NCBI RefSeq assembly: GCF_018350175.1
Contig: NC_058368.1
Coordinates: 100,380,001-100,444,000 of the forward strand
DNA: 64,000 nt
Source of the DNA: Felis catus
Lineage: Eukaryota
Direction: 5' to 3'
Shown: piece after piece, positions 62,456-64,000 of the stretch
How positions within the stretch are numbered: position 1 is the stretch's first letter
How the letters are laid out: each line of letters starts with the position of its first letter
Notes under the pieces: model-generated
Told to the model about the DNA's origin: nothing
The model's input: the letters and a program-made list of their open reading frames with translations, nothing else
The model's database searches: none
Position numbers and translations under genes: made by a program

Positions 62456-63399
62456 TCTCGAGTGGGTTCTTTTTCCATCACGTAGGCTTCCTCTCAAATA
62501 GCTTGACTTAGTGGCATTAATTTAATTTTAAGATATTATCCTTTCAAAACTTTCAAAATCAGCATTTTTGCCTCGTAGACTGTGGTGAACTGCTCTTCTC
62601 TGTTTAATAGCTATTCTTGCTTACTGAGGTAAGTGCATTAACCAAAGCCGTTAAAGATCATTTTTCCTGGGGCTGATTCACTCCACTTTCTCCAGGTCAC
62701 GTGTCTTCCCACCTCTTGCACAATAGGTGATGTTGGATATTTCCGCTCTGGTTGAGAAGGAGGCCAGTTTCAAGTGTCAAAGCTTTTAGACTTCACCCAG
62801 GGCAAAGACCCAGTGCTCAAGGTCCTCAGCAGTAATTAGACCTGACAGGAAATGGACGTATATGGGCAAGACTCAGGCCTTTTACTAGCATCCCATGTAG
62901 GCCTCACTGGGAGGCTGCGAAACTACTTTCTACCAGAGCAAGAATGATCCTAGAGAAAGAACATATACAAAAATCCATCTATCTGTAGCATCACTGTAGA
63001 TAATCTGTGAGCTCCTTTGAAAGGAATCTCAACATAGTAAAGAGTTTTCACAGCTAGTTTTTGAAAGCATTGAGGCATTCTCAGTTCCAAGGGTATCCAG
63101 ATATGGAAGTACCACCTCCTTATACCCCTCCACTCTTGCTCATATCAACTACCCACGAGGATTTGGCACCAGGAGGCCTTGCACATGTCTACCTTTATGG
63201 TAATCTTTTCAAACAGACGGCAGTCGAAGGCACACTGGCCTCTGAAAAGAGTCCACCCCTTCTTTTGGATGGGGCAGCCTCTGGGGAGACTCTTCCCCAA
63301 ACCTCTCCTCGCTTAGAATACACTCCACCTGATCAAGGCTCTTTTGAAAACCATTTTTGCACAAACAAGTCCTTGACCAGGTGTTCTCGGACCCATTTG

Positions 63400-63965
63400 T
63401 CCTTTTTATTTATTCATTCAGCAAATAATTGAATACTTTTTGTCATTGACACTCAGGACATGGGAACAAGTAAGATGTAGACAAGGCCCCCGTTCTCACA
63501 ATGTTTACATTCCGGGGAGTGGCAAGAAGGCAAGCAAACGAATTAATACCAGATCATTTCACACAGTGGGAAGAGGGGATGAAGCAATGTGATAGAGTAA
63601 CTTGTAGGAGTTGGAGGAGGGCACTTGGTGGGGCAGGGGAGAGGGGAGGGTCTGGGAGTGTTAATAAAAGACCCGGCCAGAGGTAACCAGTGCAGATTGT
63701 TGAAGGCAGAGGAGCTATATAGCGAAGTCCCTATGCCAGGAATGAGCCTCGCATGTATGAGGAAGAAAAAGAAAACCAGAGTAGCTGCAGCAGGGTGATC
63801 GAAATGAAGATGAGGTCTGGGCGATGGTCAGAGTCAGACTCTGTAGGGCTCTATCGATTGATCACGTATGTGGACTTCGGCTTTATGCTAAGTGCTACGG
63901 AAAGCACCACCAGAAGGATTTCAGTTTTTTTAAAATCTTGTGACCTGGAAAGAAGCCTCGGTGTG
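63400..63965 (-). mobile_element. L2 3' region relic
   Basis: TTTATTCATTCAGCAAATAATTGA terminus followed by purine-rich L2-like body (GAAGGCAGAGG...AGTCCCTATGCCAGGAATGAGC). Confidence 0.75.
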
Positions 63966-64000
63966 TAGAATTCTAACTCTCAACAGAAGGAACCCAAAAC

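Overview
Mammalian genomic DNA, almost certainly a felid, judging from about 35 carnivore tRNA-derived CanSINEs (several of the young feline type) among older L1, L2, MIR and DNA-transposon relics. The window lies inside the SNCAIP (synphilin-1) gene on the + strand. It holds the distal part of the long first intron, the start-codon exon (47078-47181, coding MEAPEYLDLDEIDFSDDIS) and the next 73-nt exon (60745-60817, YSVTSLKTIPELCRRCDAQSEDRS). Nested in the first intron on the same strand is an intact, intronless 7-transmembrane vomeronasal type-1-like receptor ORF (33371/33431-34402). Its sequence and position fit ancV1R, the ancient single-copy V1R; this gene is published but often unannotated. 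A cluster of homeodomain and O/E (EBF)-like motifs lies just upstream of it. Other observations: a uORF whose stop overlaps the SNCAIP start (TAATG); a stop codon that closes the alternative synphilin-1A reading frame, with a possible rescue ATG; a candidate 18-nt poison microexon; and several nested or re-used retrotransposon target sites. Repeat family names come from recalled consensus sequences and repeat boundaries are approximate. Most other ORFs in the track are repeat-derived or chance.
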